Assembly (NCBI RefSeq): GCF_006345805.1
Contig: NC_043023.1
Location: 11,532,001-11,596,000 of the forward strand
From: Octopus sinensis
Taxonomy: Eukaryota
Reading direction: 5' to 3'
Length of the DNA: 64,000 nt
This document shows positions 42,721 through 58,519 of the stretch, piece after piece. Position 1 is the first letter of the stretch. Each line of letters begins with the position of its first letter. The notes beneath the pieces were generated by a model. The model did not search any database. It was not told the DNA's origin and saw only the letters and a list, made by a program, of their open reading frames with translations. The position numbers and the translations under genes are program-made.

Positions 42721-43487
42721 AGTGCCCTACACATCATTAGGATCTTTTTGCTTTGACCGGCAGATTTTCAAAATAATTTCTATGTAACTAAAAAATTTTA
42801 AACTTCGTATACTGGTAGAATGTGCTTATAAAACATCTTTTTCTCTTGGCATTCTTGAGAAAATTCTGTAGTTTGTAATATTTGTTGTTTAATTTCTTGC
42901 ATTTCACAGCAATTTCAACCAATCAAAGACGTCTATTGATGTGAAAACGATTTCAGCCGTAACATTTACCGACGGCGTCATGTGAAAATATCCCTGATTT
43001 TTATGAGAAAAAAGATACCCTGTGGCCATAAACTGAGGGGTCACTCGTAAACAGAGCTGGATAACAAAACCGTTCCCTCTTTAGTGTCCACCCATAATTA
43101 TGACCCTAGTATCGATCTATTGCATTTGAATCTGTTTTAGGGTTAGGGTTGGGGGGAAGGGTATCTTTTTTTCTTCAGAAATGTAAATAAACCCAATCTG
43201 TTTCTTAAACGAATATATAATATGTAACAGGGACATTTTCATATAACGCAGCCAGAGATCGTTTTCACCTCAATAGGCGTCATTGATTGGTTGAAATTGC
43301 CGAAATGGCAGAAATTAAACAACAAATATGTTTCAAACTACAGAATTTTCTCAAGAAAACCAAGAGAAGATGTTTTATAAACACATTCTACCAGTATATG
43401 AAGATTAATTTATTTTTAGTTACATAGAAATTATTTTTAAAAATCTGTCGGTCAAAGTGAAAAGATCCTAATGATGTGTAGGGCACT
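42721..43487. mobile_element. MITE, GGATC-TIR family, with extended TIR
   Basis: AGTGCCCTACACATCATTAGGATCTT ... AAGATCCTAATGATGTGTAGGGCACT; paralog at 57587-58350. Confidence 0.8.
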
Positions 43488-43689
43488 ATTATCATCATCA
43501 TTATTTTCTTTACACGGAATGGAATGAAATACAAAGCCGACCTCGGCAGAAAGTCCTCAGTTCAAATACGGATGAGATCGACTTTATCTTTCATCTCTTC
43601 CGGGGAAAAAACCGGGATCCATGCAATCGACTGATCGCTCGTATTAAAGATTGCTGACCCTGGGCCAGTTTTGAAATCATCATCATCAT

Positions 43690-44690
43690 TACTATTATTA
43701 ATATAACATTACATTAAATCTTTATCAACTTACCGTTTTATCAATGCCTCATAAACAACAGGATAACATATATTAATGTGGAATTCTTCAATCGGACTCC
43801 TCACATTCTACTAATTAATTACGCTGTTTTATTATCATTTACCAATTAATTTCAGTTCTATCACATGTAACAGACGGTCGTAGTATTTTATAAACAACAA
43901 ATCAACATTTCAGGTGCAAAGTTATTAATTAAGTCGAAGAAATATATTTTCCTAATTTTGTTACGTTTTCGGTTCGAAAAATAATTACTGTAACATCGAG
44001 AGGTTCACATAATTCTATTATTTACATTATTATTATTATCATTACAGCCTTAAAGTAAATCTTTCTCAACTTACCGTTTTATCAATGCCTCATTAACAAC
44101 GGGACAACGTTAATTAATGTGGTATTCTTCAATCGGTTTCTTCTCATTTTACTAATTAATTTTGCCACATTACATTCATTTTTACAAACTAATTTACTAA
44201 ATATCACATGTAACAGTCGATCATAGGTTTTCATAAATAACAGATCAACATTTCAGTTCGGAAGTTATTAATTAAGACGAACAAATATTTTTCCTAATTG
44301 TTGTCAGGTTCCCGCTTCGAAAAATAATTACTGTAACATCGAGAGGTTCACAGAATTCTATTATTTACCTTATTATTAGTAGTATTATCAACACTATTAC
44401 AGCCTTAAAGTAAATCTTTGTCCACTTACCGAATTCACAAATAAACAGCGACTCAGTGATCGGTAATTAAGCACATTAATTAGCTTTTTTGGCCACGAGG
44501 TTGATGTGGTGCAGAAGTTGTTTCCCCTGATATAATTGTATTTCCTTAATTCTCCAATAGAGAGCGCTACTGACTCGTTGGATTCGTTCCGGTTTTTCTT
44601 TTTACTTTGTCCCATTCTGTCAATAACTTCATCTTCAAGTTCTTTTAAAATTCTCACCAGATTATTTTAAGAAAGTGTCCTTGTATATTC
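43690..44690 (-). promoter_or_regulatory. Upstream module copies (unit 6)
   Basis: Donor-like CG|GTAAGT at about 43730, 44069-44076 and 44424-44431. Confidence 0.55.
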
Positions 44691-45101
44691 TACCCTATGA
44701 CCGTTTCCAGGACACAACTTCATCCCGTCGCAGACCCTGGAGAAAGAGGCCGTCTTTAACCTGTGACATCATGTCCCAGTTAGGGTCCTTTCCTGTTGCC
44801 AACCCCTCTCCTTACCCGCTATACACAGACTTCAGCTTTTATATATATAGATAATTCTCATTTTTTTTGGTTTTAGCATCTCTCTTCCCTTGCCTACACT
44901 AGGCAATGACTTTCCCAACATGTCAAATCAAGCTCTAGAGAGCTTATTTATTGCTTCAGCTTATCCTTATACCTAAGGCCAGGCTGTCATGATATCCCTC
45001 TATTTGTTGGACTCACTGAAGAATTTTTGTAATGCAGTCATTTTCCATTTCGAAAACATGTCCTAACCATCTACACTGAATTCTCATCAGTATACAAGTG
45101 A

Positions 45102-45571
45102 GACCATAACCCGTGGCCTCTACATGGGATGTAGCCAGCCCACTTATGCATACCTTTCCTTCTTGAGACACAAAACTCTATTTGTGAAGACCTGTTGAGG
45201 CAAGTGAGAATCGAAATCGATCAACATCAATGGTAATTGCAGCTGTGATACCAGTGCCGGTGGTACATAAGAGAACCATCCGAACGTGGCCGTTGCCACC
45301 GCCGCTCCGACTGGCTTCGTGCTGGTGGAACGTAAAAAGCACCATCCATTCATGGCCATTGCCAGCGTCGCCTTGCCCCCCATGCCGGTGGCATGTAAAA
45401 AGCACCCACTACACTCACGGAGTGGTTGGCGTTAGGAAGGGCATCCAGCCGTAGAAACATTGCCAGATCAGACTGGGCCTGGTGCAGCCTTCAGGCTTTC
45501 CAGACCCAAATTGAACCGTCCAACCACCCATGCTAGCATGGAAAGCGGATGCTAAACGATGATGATGATGC
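45102..45571 (+). mobile_element. RTE LINE 3'UTR fragment (paralog at 52627-53085)
   Basis: Matches 29483-30160 without the 63-bp expansion; ends in (GAT)n. Confidence 0.85.
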
Positions 45572-45949
45572 TTTGGATGCTGGACATATTACATTTTTTT
45601 TAAGATTTTCACATCGGATATCTTATCTTGCAATTTTGTAGCATATGGAGTGTAAACGGCAATTGTGAAAAGTTTCATGTTTTTTTCTTTATTTCCCTCA
45701 AGAAGATTTGTATACAAGTTTTGTGTACACCTATTTTTGTAATTAGACTGACATCATGTTCACACACACATCAAATTAAATTCAAAACTAAAAGAGCTAC
45801 TACTGGTTTCATGTTAGCATGATACTTGCAGAGGGATATTTATAAAACACACCATGTATCTTAAGGGCATACAGCCAAATCTGGAGCAGTACTCTGGCTT
45901 GACAGCTCTTGTAACACTTTCCCACCTGATCCTGCATAGAAAACGTTAA

Positions 45950-45980
<31 letters not shown>

Positions 45981-46050
45981 CGAAAACACAACAAAGACAA
46001 AATCAATGTCACTCAAAACTTTTATTCCTTATTCCCATTCCTTTATTCTC

Positions 46051-46285
46051 TCATAACAAATTCCTCAAAAATCCAGCACAATCTTCTTCAGAAATCAAAG
46101 TCATCTCTGTGTTGATATATTTAGATATATAAATGATATTGAAGTTGAGATTCATGAATTTCATGTTGACATCCAAGAAACTGAAGTTGATAATGTCAAG
46201 CATGAAGAGGAATAAACCCTGTCTTTTAGCAGACAAAATATTCATAATTGTTGTCCTGTTGTCATAAATTTTAATATTGATACGG

Positions 46286-46305
<20 letters not shown>
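46051..46305 (-). other. Conserved downstream ORF after unit 7 (paralog 53563..53778)
   Basis: Ends ...TEMTLISEEDCAGFLRNLL. Confidence 0.35.
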
Positions 46306-48767
<2,462 letters not shown>

Positions 48768-49314
48768 ATATATCACAAAGATATTGTCGTTGTCATTAGT
48801 ATGTATATGCTTGTGTTGTGTCACTATTTTCTGGGAAGAACTTAATACTATGTTTCTTTCATCTGTGATCTTACTTAATACCTAAATTAGCAGGTGAAAA
48901 TTGTCAGGTCCTTCGTAAAGTTATCCAAACTTGTAAAGCAATCACCTCCTCTACATTCCAGACAGTGAAGACAAGAAACAATATTTTGCTGTTGTTTGTC
49001 ATAGATTATATCAATATAAAAAGGTTGATGTATAGATGAAGACTCCTTATAAATATATTGTCCTTCTTTAGTTGATGAAAGTCCATAAAAATATCAGAGG
49101 TACATCTGAACGACAAGATTTCTTTTATGTCAACAGGATGTGATATTCTGAAATAGAAAAAAAAGAGTCAGTGAGATAAGGAGGATAGTTAAGTGACATA
49201 GCAATTCAACATTTTCAAATTTTGCATCAATACTGTCATCCGTTTAATGTCAATGTTCGCAAGGGTCGGAGTTCATTGAAGCGTTGAAAGACTGGCATAC
49301 CTACACAACTTTTA

Positions 49315-49580
49315 CTCTTACTCGTTCCAGTCATTTGACAGTGGCCATGCTGGAGCACCGCCTTTTAGTCAAGTAAATCGATCCCAGGACTTACTGTTTG
49401 GAAGCCAAGTACTTATTCTATCGTTCACTTTGGCCGAATCGCTAAGTTACGGGGACATAAACACACCAGCATCGGTTGGCAAGCGATGTTGGGAAGACAA
49501 ACACAGACACACACACACATATACAAAGGGCTTCTTTCAGTTTCCGTCTACGAAATCCATTCACAAGGTTTAGGTCGGCC
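49315..49580 (-). mobile_element. SINE family A, 3' part
   Basis: Reverse-complement match. Confidence 0.8.
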
Positions 49581-49759
49581 CTACACCTACCTTCCTCATA
49601 CCTTTCAGAAAAATTCATGTTTGATATATCTAAGACAATCGAGCTTATTTTCTCAATCTTTCTATACATTTTAACAGTTTGCAGTAACTTCCGCTGACCT
49701 CGGAAGGAAGATGCTGTTTTTAACCTGTCGCCTCCTGACGTGATGTCATTTCGTGACCC

Positions 49760-50320
49760 TTCCTGACGCCTTCAACTAACACTATCTTCTCCGAGACCCT
49801 GCGGTGCAAGTTGACCAAAATTGAGAGTATGATAGAAGGCTTGCTCTTCCTTCTGTAGAAGAAAAAATTGAAATCGGACCATGTTAACACCTAAAATTAT
49901 TTACATCAAAAAGGTGCTTTTTTTCTATGAAAAGCCCTATTTTTTACGATGTATGGCAGGTTTGGTAGCCTTCAACTAACACTATCTTCTTCGAGACCCT
50001 GCGGCGCATGTTGACCAAAATTGAGAGTATGATAAAAGAAGACTTGCTCTTCCTTCCGTAGAAGAAAAAATTCAAATCGGACCATGTTAACACCAAAAAT
50101 TACTTACATCAAAAAGGTGCTCTTTTTCTATGAAAATCCTTATTTTTTACGATTTTTTAACTGCTGTGTCATCATTTTCTGGTGTATTTCAACCAGAAAA
50201 ATGTTTACTTAAAGAGAATAACAAGCTACATAATGTAAAATTTTTCCTTTTCAAAAATTCCAATTCTAAAGGGTCGAAAAGAAAACAAGTCCGAGCAAAG
50301 CTGGGCTATACTGCAAGTAT
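49760..50320 (+). mobile_element. Degenerate Helitron-like element with an internal tandem duplication
   Basis: CCTTCAACTAACACTATCTTCT unit present twice; homologous to 50820-51212. Confidence 0.6.
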
Positions 50321-50819
50321 ATATATATATAATGTGTAAGGCATACATCCATAGTCATTTACGTATGCAAAAAAAACCAGCAGATACCCAGCTTTGCTCG
50401 GGATTAAAATAGCATACTTTGTAAATATGTTACAGTATTTTCAAATCATGTGAAAGTACAGTATTGATGATGTAACATTTGTGGAGTAAATGATGGGCTA
50501 ATTCGACTAAGCGACATGTCGTGAGTTCGTTTGGAGGATTCCTGGCCAGGCCCTAACCTGTCATGGAAAATTGGGGTACGTGATTCTTGAGGGCACTGAA
50601 AAGCTGTCAATGGATACAATCTCCATTGCAGCCGTATGCTTGACAGTCGAATAAATGTAGGTGCAATGAGATATTGTACGTAAATGGGGTCATTCCAGAA
50701 AGGGGCGGCAACGGGGAGGTAAGCTATTGAAATGTTGCAGAAGGCGATGGGTTGACATTGAACTTCTCGTGTTTTTTTTATAGAAAAAGAAATATAATGT
50801 GAGCCTATGTAGAAATGAA

Positions 50820-51212
50820 TCTCTCTCTATATAAAGCTGAAATTGTCTGTGTATGGCAGGTTTGGTAGCCTTCAACTAACACTATCTCCTCCGAGACCCT
50901 GCGGCGCAAGTTGACGAAAATTGAGAGTATGATAGAAGAAGGCTTGCTCTTCCTTCCGTAGAAGAAAAACTTCAAATTGGACCATATTAACACCAAAAAT
51001 TATTTATATCAAACAGGTGCTTTTTTTCTATGAAAATCCCTATTTTTTACGATCTTTTGACTGCTGTGTCAACATTTTTCGGTGTATTTCAACCAGAAAA
51101 ATGTTCACTTAAAGAGAATAACAAGCTACATAATGTAAAATTATTACTTTTCAAAAAATTCCAATTCTAAAGGGTCGAAACAAACCCGAGCAACTCCGGG
51201 CAATACTGCTAG
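50820..51212 (+). mobile_element. Non-autonomous Helitron
   Basis: A|TC start (50819/50820), subterminal hairpin CCCGAGCAACTCCGGG (51185-51200), CTAG|T end (51209-51213), no TSD. Confidence 0.75.
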
Positions 51213-51293
51213 TTATTTGATAAAAGAAGGCGTGGATGGTGGGACTAATTGGAAAATATATTTTCTTACCGAATTCCATGCAGGAAACTGATT

Positions 51294-51563
51294 TGTTGGG
51301 GCAGCTTTCAGCTTCGTTCAGAAGTGTAATTCCTACAAAACCTCTTAGTAAGCAATATTCTTTGCTGTTATGGTGTTTTATTATGATTGCGGGCTTCTGG
51401 TATAATCGCTTAACAACCATCAATTCAGCAACACAAAATTCCGATAACGCTTCTCAAACGGCCTCTGTTCGTTGCAACTCTAGCACGCATGCGTACTTAT
51501 ACACTTTAGACCAGTCGATTAACAGGGGTGTTCGCCGATTCCAACACAACATCTCCCCCTTTT
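51294..51563 (-). mobile_element. Possible LTR (258 bp) preceded by a polypurine tract
   Basis: Minus strand AAAAGGGGGAGA then TGTTG...AATAAA...CAACA. Confidence 0.5.
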
Positions 51564-51599
51564 CTGTTCGAATTTCCCTGAGAGTCAATACTTTCATTT

Positions 51600-51805
51600 T
51601 ATTATAATAATAATAATAATAATAATTGTGTACAGTGCTCAGGTGCACTACAACTCATCTAAAGTGTATATATAATCAGGTGTAGTTTTGGCGGATTTCG
51701 GAAAGCATGAGGGCCTTAAAGGATGCAGTGTCATGGCAGTCAACAACTGACGCAGGCAGTTTTTTCCATCCTTCAGCAACTCTGAGCGTGAAAAAATGTT
51801 TCCGA
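51600..51805 (-). mobile_element. CR1-like LINE 3' end
   Basis: RKHFFTLRVAEGWKKLPASVVD...SFK C-terminus followed by an (ATT)n tail. Confidence 0.75.
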
Positions 51806-52012
51806 GGCGGCGAACTGGCAGAAACGTTAGCACGCCGGGCGAAATGCGTAGCAGTATTTCGTCTACCGTTACGTTCTGGGTTCAAATTCCGCCAAGGTCG
51901 ACTTGCCTTTCATCCTTTCGAGGTCGATAAATTAAGTACCAGTTACGCACTGGAGTCGATGTAATCGACTTAATTCGTTTGTCCCCTTGTGGGTAGTAAA
52001 GAAATATATTTC
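51806..52012 (+). mobile_element. tRNA-derived SINE, family B
   Basis: GGCGGCGAACTGGCAGAAACGTTAG head, B-box GGTTCAAATTCC. Confidence 0.85.
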
Positions 52013-52108
52013 ATTACCACCTTTCTCTCCACCCCACGCCCTTTTTGTTACTTCCTCGGTGAGAAATTGTAATATTTTTTTCTTTTTGATTCAACTTTCA
52101 ACAGTTCC

Positions 52109-52370
52109 GGGATCTTTTCGGTTTGAACGGCAGTTTTTTCTAGCGGTGTCATGAAATTGTCACCCATAATTATGACCCTAGTATCGATCTATTGCATTTC
52201 AATCTGTTTTAGGGTTAGGCTTACGGGTGGGAGGAAGGGTATCTTTTTTTCTTCAGAAATGTAAATAAACCCAATCTGTTTCTTAAACGAGGGACATATT
52301 CATACGGCACAGAATGTTTTTTTACCTCAATGGACGTCAGTGATTGGTTGAAATTGTAGAAATGGTGTAA
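52109..52370. mobile_element. MITE, GGATC-TIR family, partial
   Basis: Matches 14403-14650. Confidence 0.75.
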
Positions 52371-52423
52371 ATACACTTAAATCAGGTGATTAGGACCAAG
52401 ATTTTTATGCCATGCAAATGGAT

Positions 52424-53463
52424 CTAGGCAATGACTTTCCCAACATGTCAAATCAGGCTCTAGAGAGTTTATTTATTGCTCCAGCTTATCCTTATACCTA
52501 AGGCCAGGCTGTCATGATATCCCTCTATTTGTTGGACACACTGAAGAATTTTTGTAAAGCAGTCATTTTCCATTTCGAAAACATGTCCTAACCATCTACA
52601 CTGAATTCTCATCAGTATACAAGTGAGACCATGACCCGTGGCCCTTACATGGGATGCAGCCAGTCCACTTATGCATACCTTTCCTTCTTGGGACGCAAAA
52701 CTCTACTTGTGAAGACCTGTTGAGGCAAGTGAAAATCGAAATCGATCAACATCAATGGTAATTGCAGCTGCGATACCAGTGCCGGTGGCACGTAAAAGAA
52801 CCATCCGAAAGTGGCCGTTGCCAGCGCCGCCCCGACTGGTGGAACGTAAAAAGCACCATCCATTCATGGCCATTGCCAGCCTTGCCTGGCCCCCCATGCC
52901 GGTGGCACATAAAAAGCACCCACTACACTCAAGGAGTGGTTGGCGTTAGGAAGGGCATCCAGCCGCAGAAACATTGCCAGACCAGACTGGACCTGGTGCA
53001 GCCTTCAGGCTTCCCAAACCCAAATTGAACCGTACAACCCATGCTAGCATGGAAAGTGGACACTAAACGATGATGATGATGATGCTTTGGATGCTGGACA
53101 TATTACACTTTTCTAAGATTTTCACATCGGATATCTTATCTTGCAATTTTGTAGCATATAGAGTGTAAACGGCAATTGTGAAAAGTTTGAATTTTTTTTT
53201 CTTTATTTCCCTCTAGAAGATTTGTATACAAGTTTTGTGTACACCTATTTTTGTAATTAGACTGACATCATGTTCACACACACATCAAATTAAATCCCAA
53301 ACCAAAAGAGCTACTACTGGTTTCATGTTAGCATGATACTTGCAGCGGGATATTTATAAAACACACCATGTATCTTAAGGGCATACAGCCAAATCTGGAG
53401 CAGTACTCTGGCTTGACAGCTCTTGTAACACTTTCCCACCTGATCCTGCATAGAAAACGTTAA

Positions 53464-53494
<31 letters not shown>

Positions 53495-54329
53495 CGATGA
53501 CGAAAACACAACAAAGACAAAATCAATGTCACTCAAAACTTTTATTCCTTATTCCCATTCCTTTATTCTCTCATAATAAAATTCCTCAAAAATCCAGCAC
53601 AATCATCTTCAGAAACCAAAGTCATCTCTGTGTTGATATATTTAGATATATAAATGATATTGAAGTTGTGATTCATGAATTTCATGTTGACATCCAAGAA
53701 ACTGAAGTTGATAATGTCAAGCTTGAAGAGGGATAAACCCTGTCTTTTAGCAGACAAAATATTCATAATTGTTGTCATGTTTCAATAAATTTTGATATCG
53801 ATACGGTTACACTTGTGTATGAATACTCACATGTGTACATAAGAGGCCTTTTGCAGAGAATGGTTAACCACAGATATGACACTGATATGGTTTTTCCCCC
53901 AGTATGAATAGGTTTGTTACTATTGCTACAGAATAATTCACCAGATATCACAATCATGTGGCTTCTTGACTGTATGGGTACGTTTGTGTTTAGACAAGCC
54001 CACATTTTGGGAGAATGATTTACCACAGATATTACAATGATATGGCTTCTCACCAGTATGAATACGTTTGTGATTATTTAAAGTATTGTCGTGAGAAAAT
54101 GATTTACCACAAATATCACACTGATATGGGTATTCCTCAGTATGAATACGCTTGTGATCAGTCAAATAAGTATTTCTAGTGAAAGATTTATCACAAATAT
54201 CACAATGAAATGGCTTCTCTCCTGTATGTGTGAATGTGTGTGTAGTCAAGGTACTCCTTTTAGAGAATGACCAACCACAAATATTACAGTGATATGGCTT
54301 CTCTCCTGTATGAACATGTTTGTGTGGTT
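52424..54329. repeat. Segmental duplication B' (direct copy of about 44899-46520 plus a finger array)
   Basis: Near-identical text from CTAGGCAATGAC onward. Confidence 0.92.
53775..54329 (-). pseudogene. 5'-truncated C2H2 array (unit 8)
   Basis: Four intact fingers then CDIW*; no leader or acceptor; the 5' side is joined directly to intergenic A' sequence at 54330. Confidence 0.85.
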
Positions 54330-55861
54330 TCTTCCCTTGCCTACACACTCTACGGCCACGAAGTTGGTCTGCTTGGCGGGAGGCGATTTAGGCTACTCTA
54401 CTTCAAATCACACAACTTCGCCACCACAAACATAAATATCTTCATTGTTTAATTCCTGAGCAAATGTCAAGTTATCTATTTAATAGTTTCTCCCATTTTC
54501 CGAAGTCGCTGGTCAAATAACTTTTCACCCATCACACGAATTTCAGTACCAGAGGAATTGTTTTTACTGCCCAGCCACAATGTGTTAAACAATTTTCTTT
54601 GTTTTCTTATCATTTGTACATATATATATATGTATATTCGACTGAGGTCTGGCGAACCAGACTCCAATCTGATCTGGCAGAGTTTCTACAGCTGGTTGGC
54701 ATTAGGAAGGGCATCCAGCTGTAGAAACTCTGCCAGATCAGATTGGAGTCTGGTTTGCCAGACCTCAGTCAAATCGTCCAACCCATGCTAGCATGGAAAG
54801 TGGACGTTAAATGATGATGATGATTTGGTAGATTAACGGTAATTAAAAGTTTTCCATGACTACATTTCTGATGAGGTAGATTACGATGATAATACTTTTT
54901 AGATGGTTTAGATTACGATTACATACGAATTTGTTGTCACAATTTTTTTCGGAGAAGTTGGAGTCCAGAAGAATTTCGGGTAAATTTTGATAATTTCACC
55001 CACAAGATTTTCATAAAGACAAACAAAAAAACTCAAATTTTTTGCACGGAATGTGCTGCAAACTCCTTATTTTTGCTTGGAAAAAGTGGTGCGGACGCCC
55101 CCACCTCGGAATCAATGGAAATATATATTTTTTTCATAGGATGATGATGATATATATATATATGTATACACACACATATATATGTGTGTGTGTGTGTGTG
55201 TGTGCATACGTACATATATATTTGAAGCACACAGCATAAACTGTGAACAAGTTAGCATTAGGAGAATACACCCAAAGAAACCCAAGCAAATCAGACAGGA
55301 ACCTAGTGCAGCATTATGGTTTGCTAGCTCATGTCACACTGTGCCACGCATGCCAGTAAAAAAATAAAAATTTCACTAAATGATAATGATGATAACAGAG
55401 ACAATGATGAAAACACATAGACAAAATCAACTTCAGTGTAACCTTTTATTCGTTATTCCCTTTTCTTTATTCTCTCAAAACAAATTGCTCAAAAATCCAG
55501 AGCAATCATCTTCAGAAATCAAAGACATTGTTGATATACTTCCATATATATACATGACATTCATGAATTTGATGTTGACATTATTGAAAATGAAGTCGAT
55601 AACATCATATTTGAAGAGATAAAAATAGCCCTGTCTTTCAGCAGAAAAAAAATAGCCATAATTGTTGTAATAAAGATTAATACTGAATGGTTGCACTTTT
55701 GTGTGAATACTCACATGTGTACTTAAATGGCGTTTTTGAGAGAATGATTTACCACAGATATCACAATGATATTGTTCTTCCCCAGTATGAATAGGCAAAT
55801 AATTAATCAAGTCACCATTGTATGAGAATGATTTACCACAGATGTCACAATGATATGGTTT

Positions 55862-57028
<1,167 letters not shown>

Positions 57029-57586
57029 TCATCTGTGATCTTAAAACCTAAATCAACAGGTGAAAACTGTCAACTCGTTTGTAAAGTTATCCAAACTTGT
57101 AAAGCAATCACCTCCTCTACATTCCAGACAGTGAAGACAAGAAAAATATTTCGCTGTTGTTTGTCATAGATTATATTTATATAGAAACGTTGATGTATAG
57201 ATGAAGGCTCCTTATAAATATATCGTCTTCCTTTAGTTGATGAAAGTTGATAAAAACATCAAAGGCACATCTGAACGGAGTAATTTCTTTTATGTCAACA
57301 TGATGTGATATTCTGAAATAGAAAAAGAAACAGTAAGATAAAGAGGATAGTTAAGTGACATAGTAATTCAACATTGTAAATATTACAACATGAACACTGT
57401 CAGTCATTTAATGTCAATGTTTACAGGGGTCAGAGTTCATTGAGGCGTTGAAACATTGGTATACCCACACAAGTTTACTACACACTTCACCTTTACAACC
57501 ATTCAGAAAAATGTTTGATTTAAGACTTCATGTAGCCCGACCGGAATTCCCTTTTCTGTCATGATGTCTATGATGAGCCCATGGGC

Positions 57587-58350
57587 AGTGCCCTACACAT
57601 CATTAGGATCTTTTCGCTTTGATCGGCAGTTTTTAAAAATAATTTCTATGTCACTAAAAAATTTTAAGCTTCGTATACTGGTAGAATGTGCTTATAAAAC
57701 ATCTTTTTCTCTTGGCTTTCTTGAGAAAATTCTGTCGTTTGTAACATATTTGTTGTTTGATTTCTTGCATTTCGGCAATTTCAACCAATCAAAGACGTCT
57801 ATTGAGATGAAAACGATTTCTGCCGTAACATTTACCGGCGGCGTCATGTGAAAATATCCCTGAGTTTTATGAGAAAAGATACCCTGTGGCCATAAACTGA
57901 GGGGTCACTCGTAAACAGAGCTGGATAACAAAACCGTTCCCTCTTTAGTGTCCACCCATAATTATGACACTAGTATCGATCTATTGCATTTGAATCTGTT
58001 TTAGGGTTAGGGTTGGGGGGAAGGGTATCTTTTTTTCTTCAGAAATGTAAATAAACCCAATCTGTTTCTTAAACGAATATATAATATGTAACAGGGACAT
58101 TTTCATATAACGCAGCCAGAAATCGTTTTCACCTCAATAGACGTCATAGATTGGTTGAAATTGCCGAAATGGCAGAGATTAAACAACAAATATGTTTCAA
58201 ACTACAGAATTTTCTCAAGAAAGCCGAGAGAAGATGTTTTATAAACACATTCTACCAGTATATGAAGATTAATTTATTTTTAGTTACATAGAAATTATTT
58301 TAAAAATCTGTCGGTCAAAGTGAAAAGATTCTAATGATGTGTAGGGCACT
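57587..58350. mobile_element. MITE, paralog of 42721-43487
   Basis: Same extended TIRs. Confidence 0.8.
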
Positions 58351-58519
58351 ATTATCATCATCATTATTTTCTTTACACGGAATGGAATGAAATACAAAGC
58401 CGACCTCGGCGGAAAGTCCTGAGTTCAAATACGGATGAGATCGACTTTGTCTTTCATCTCTTCCGGGGAAAAAACCGGGACCCATGCAATCGACTAATCG
58501 CTCGTATTAAAGATTGCTG

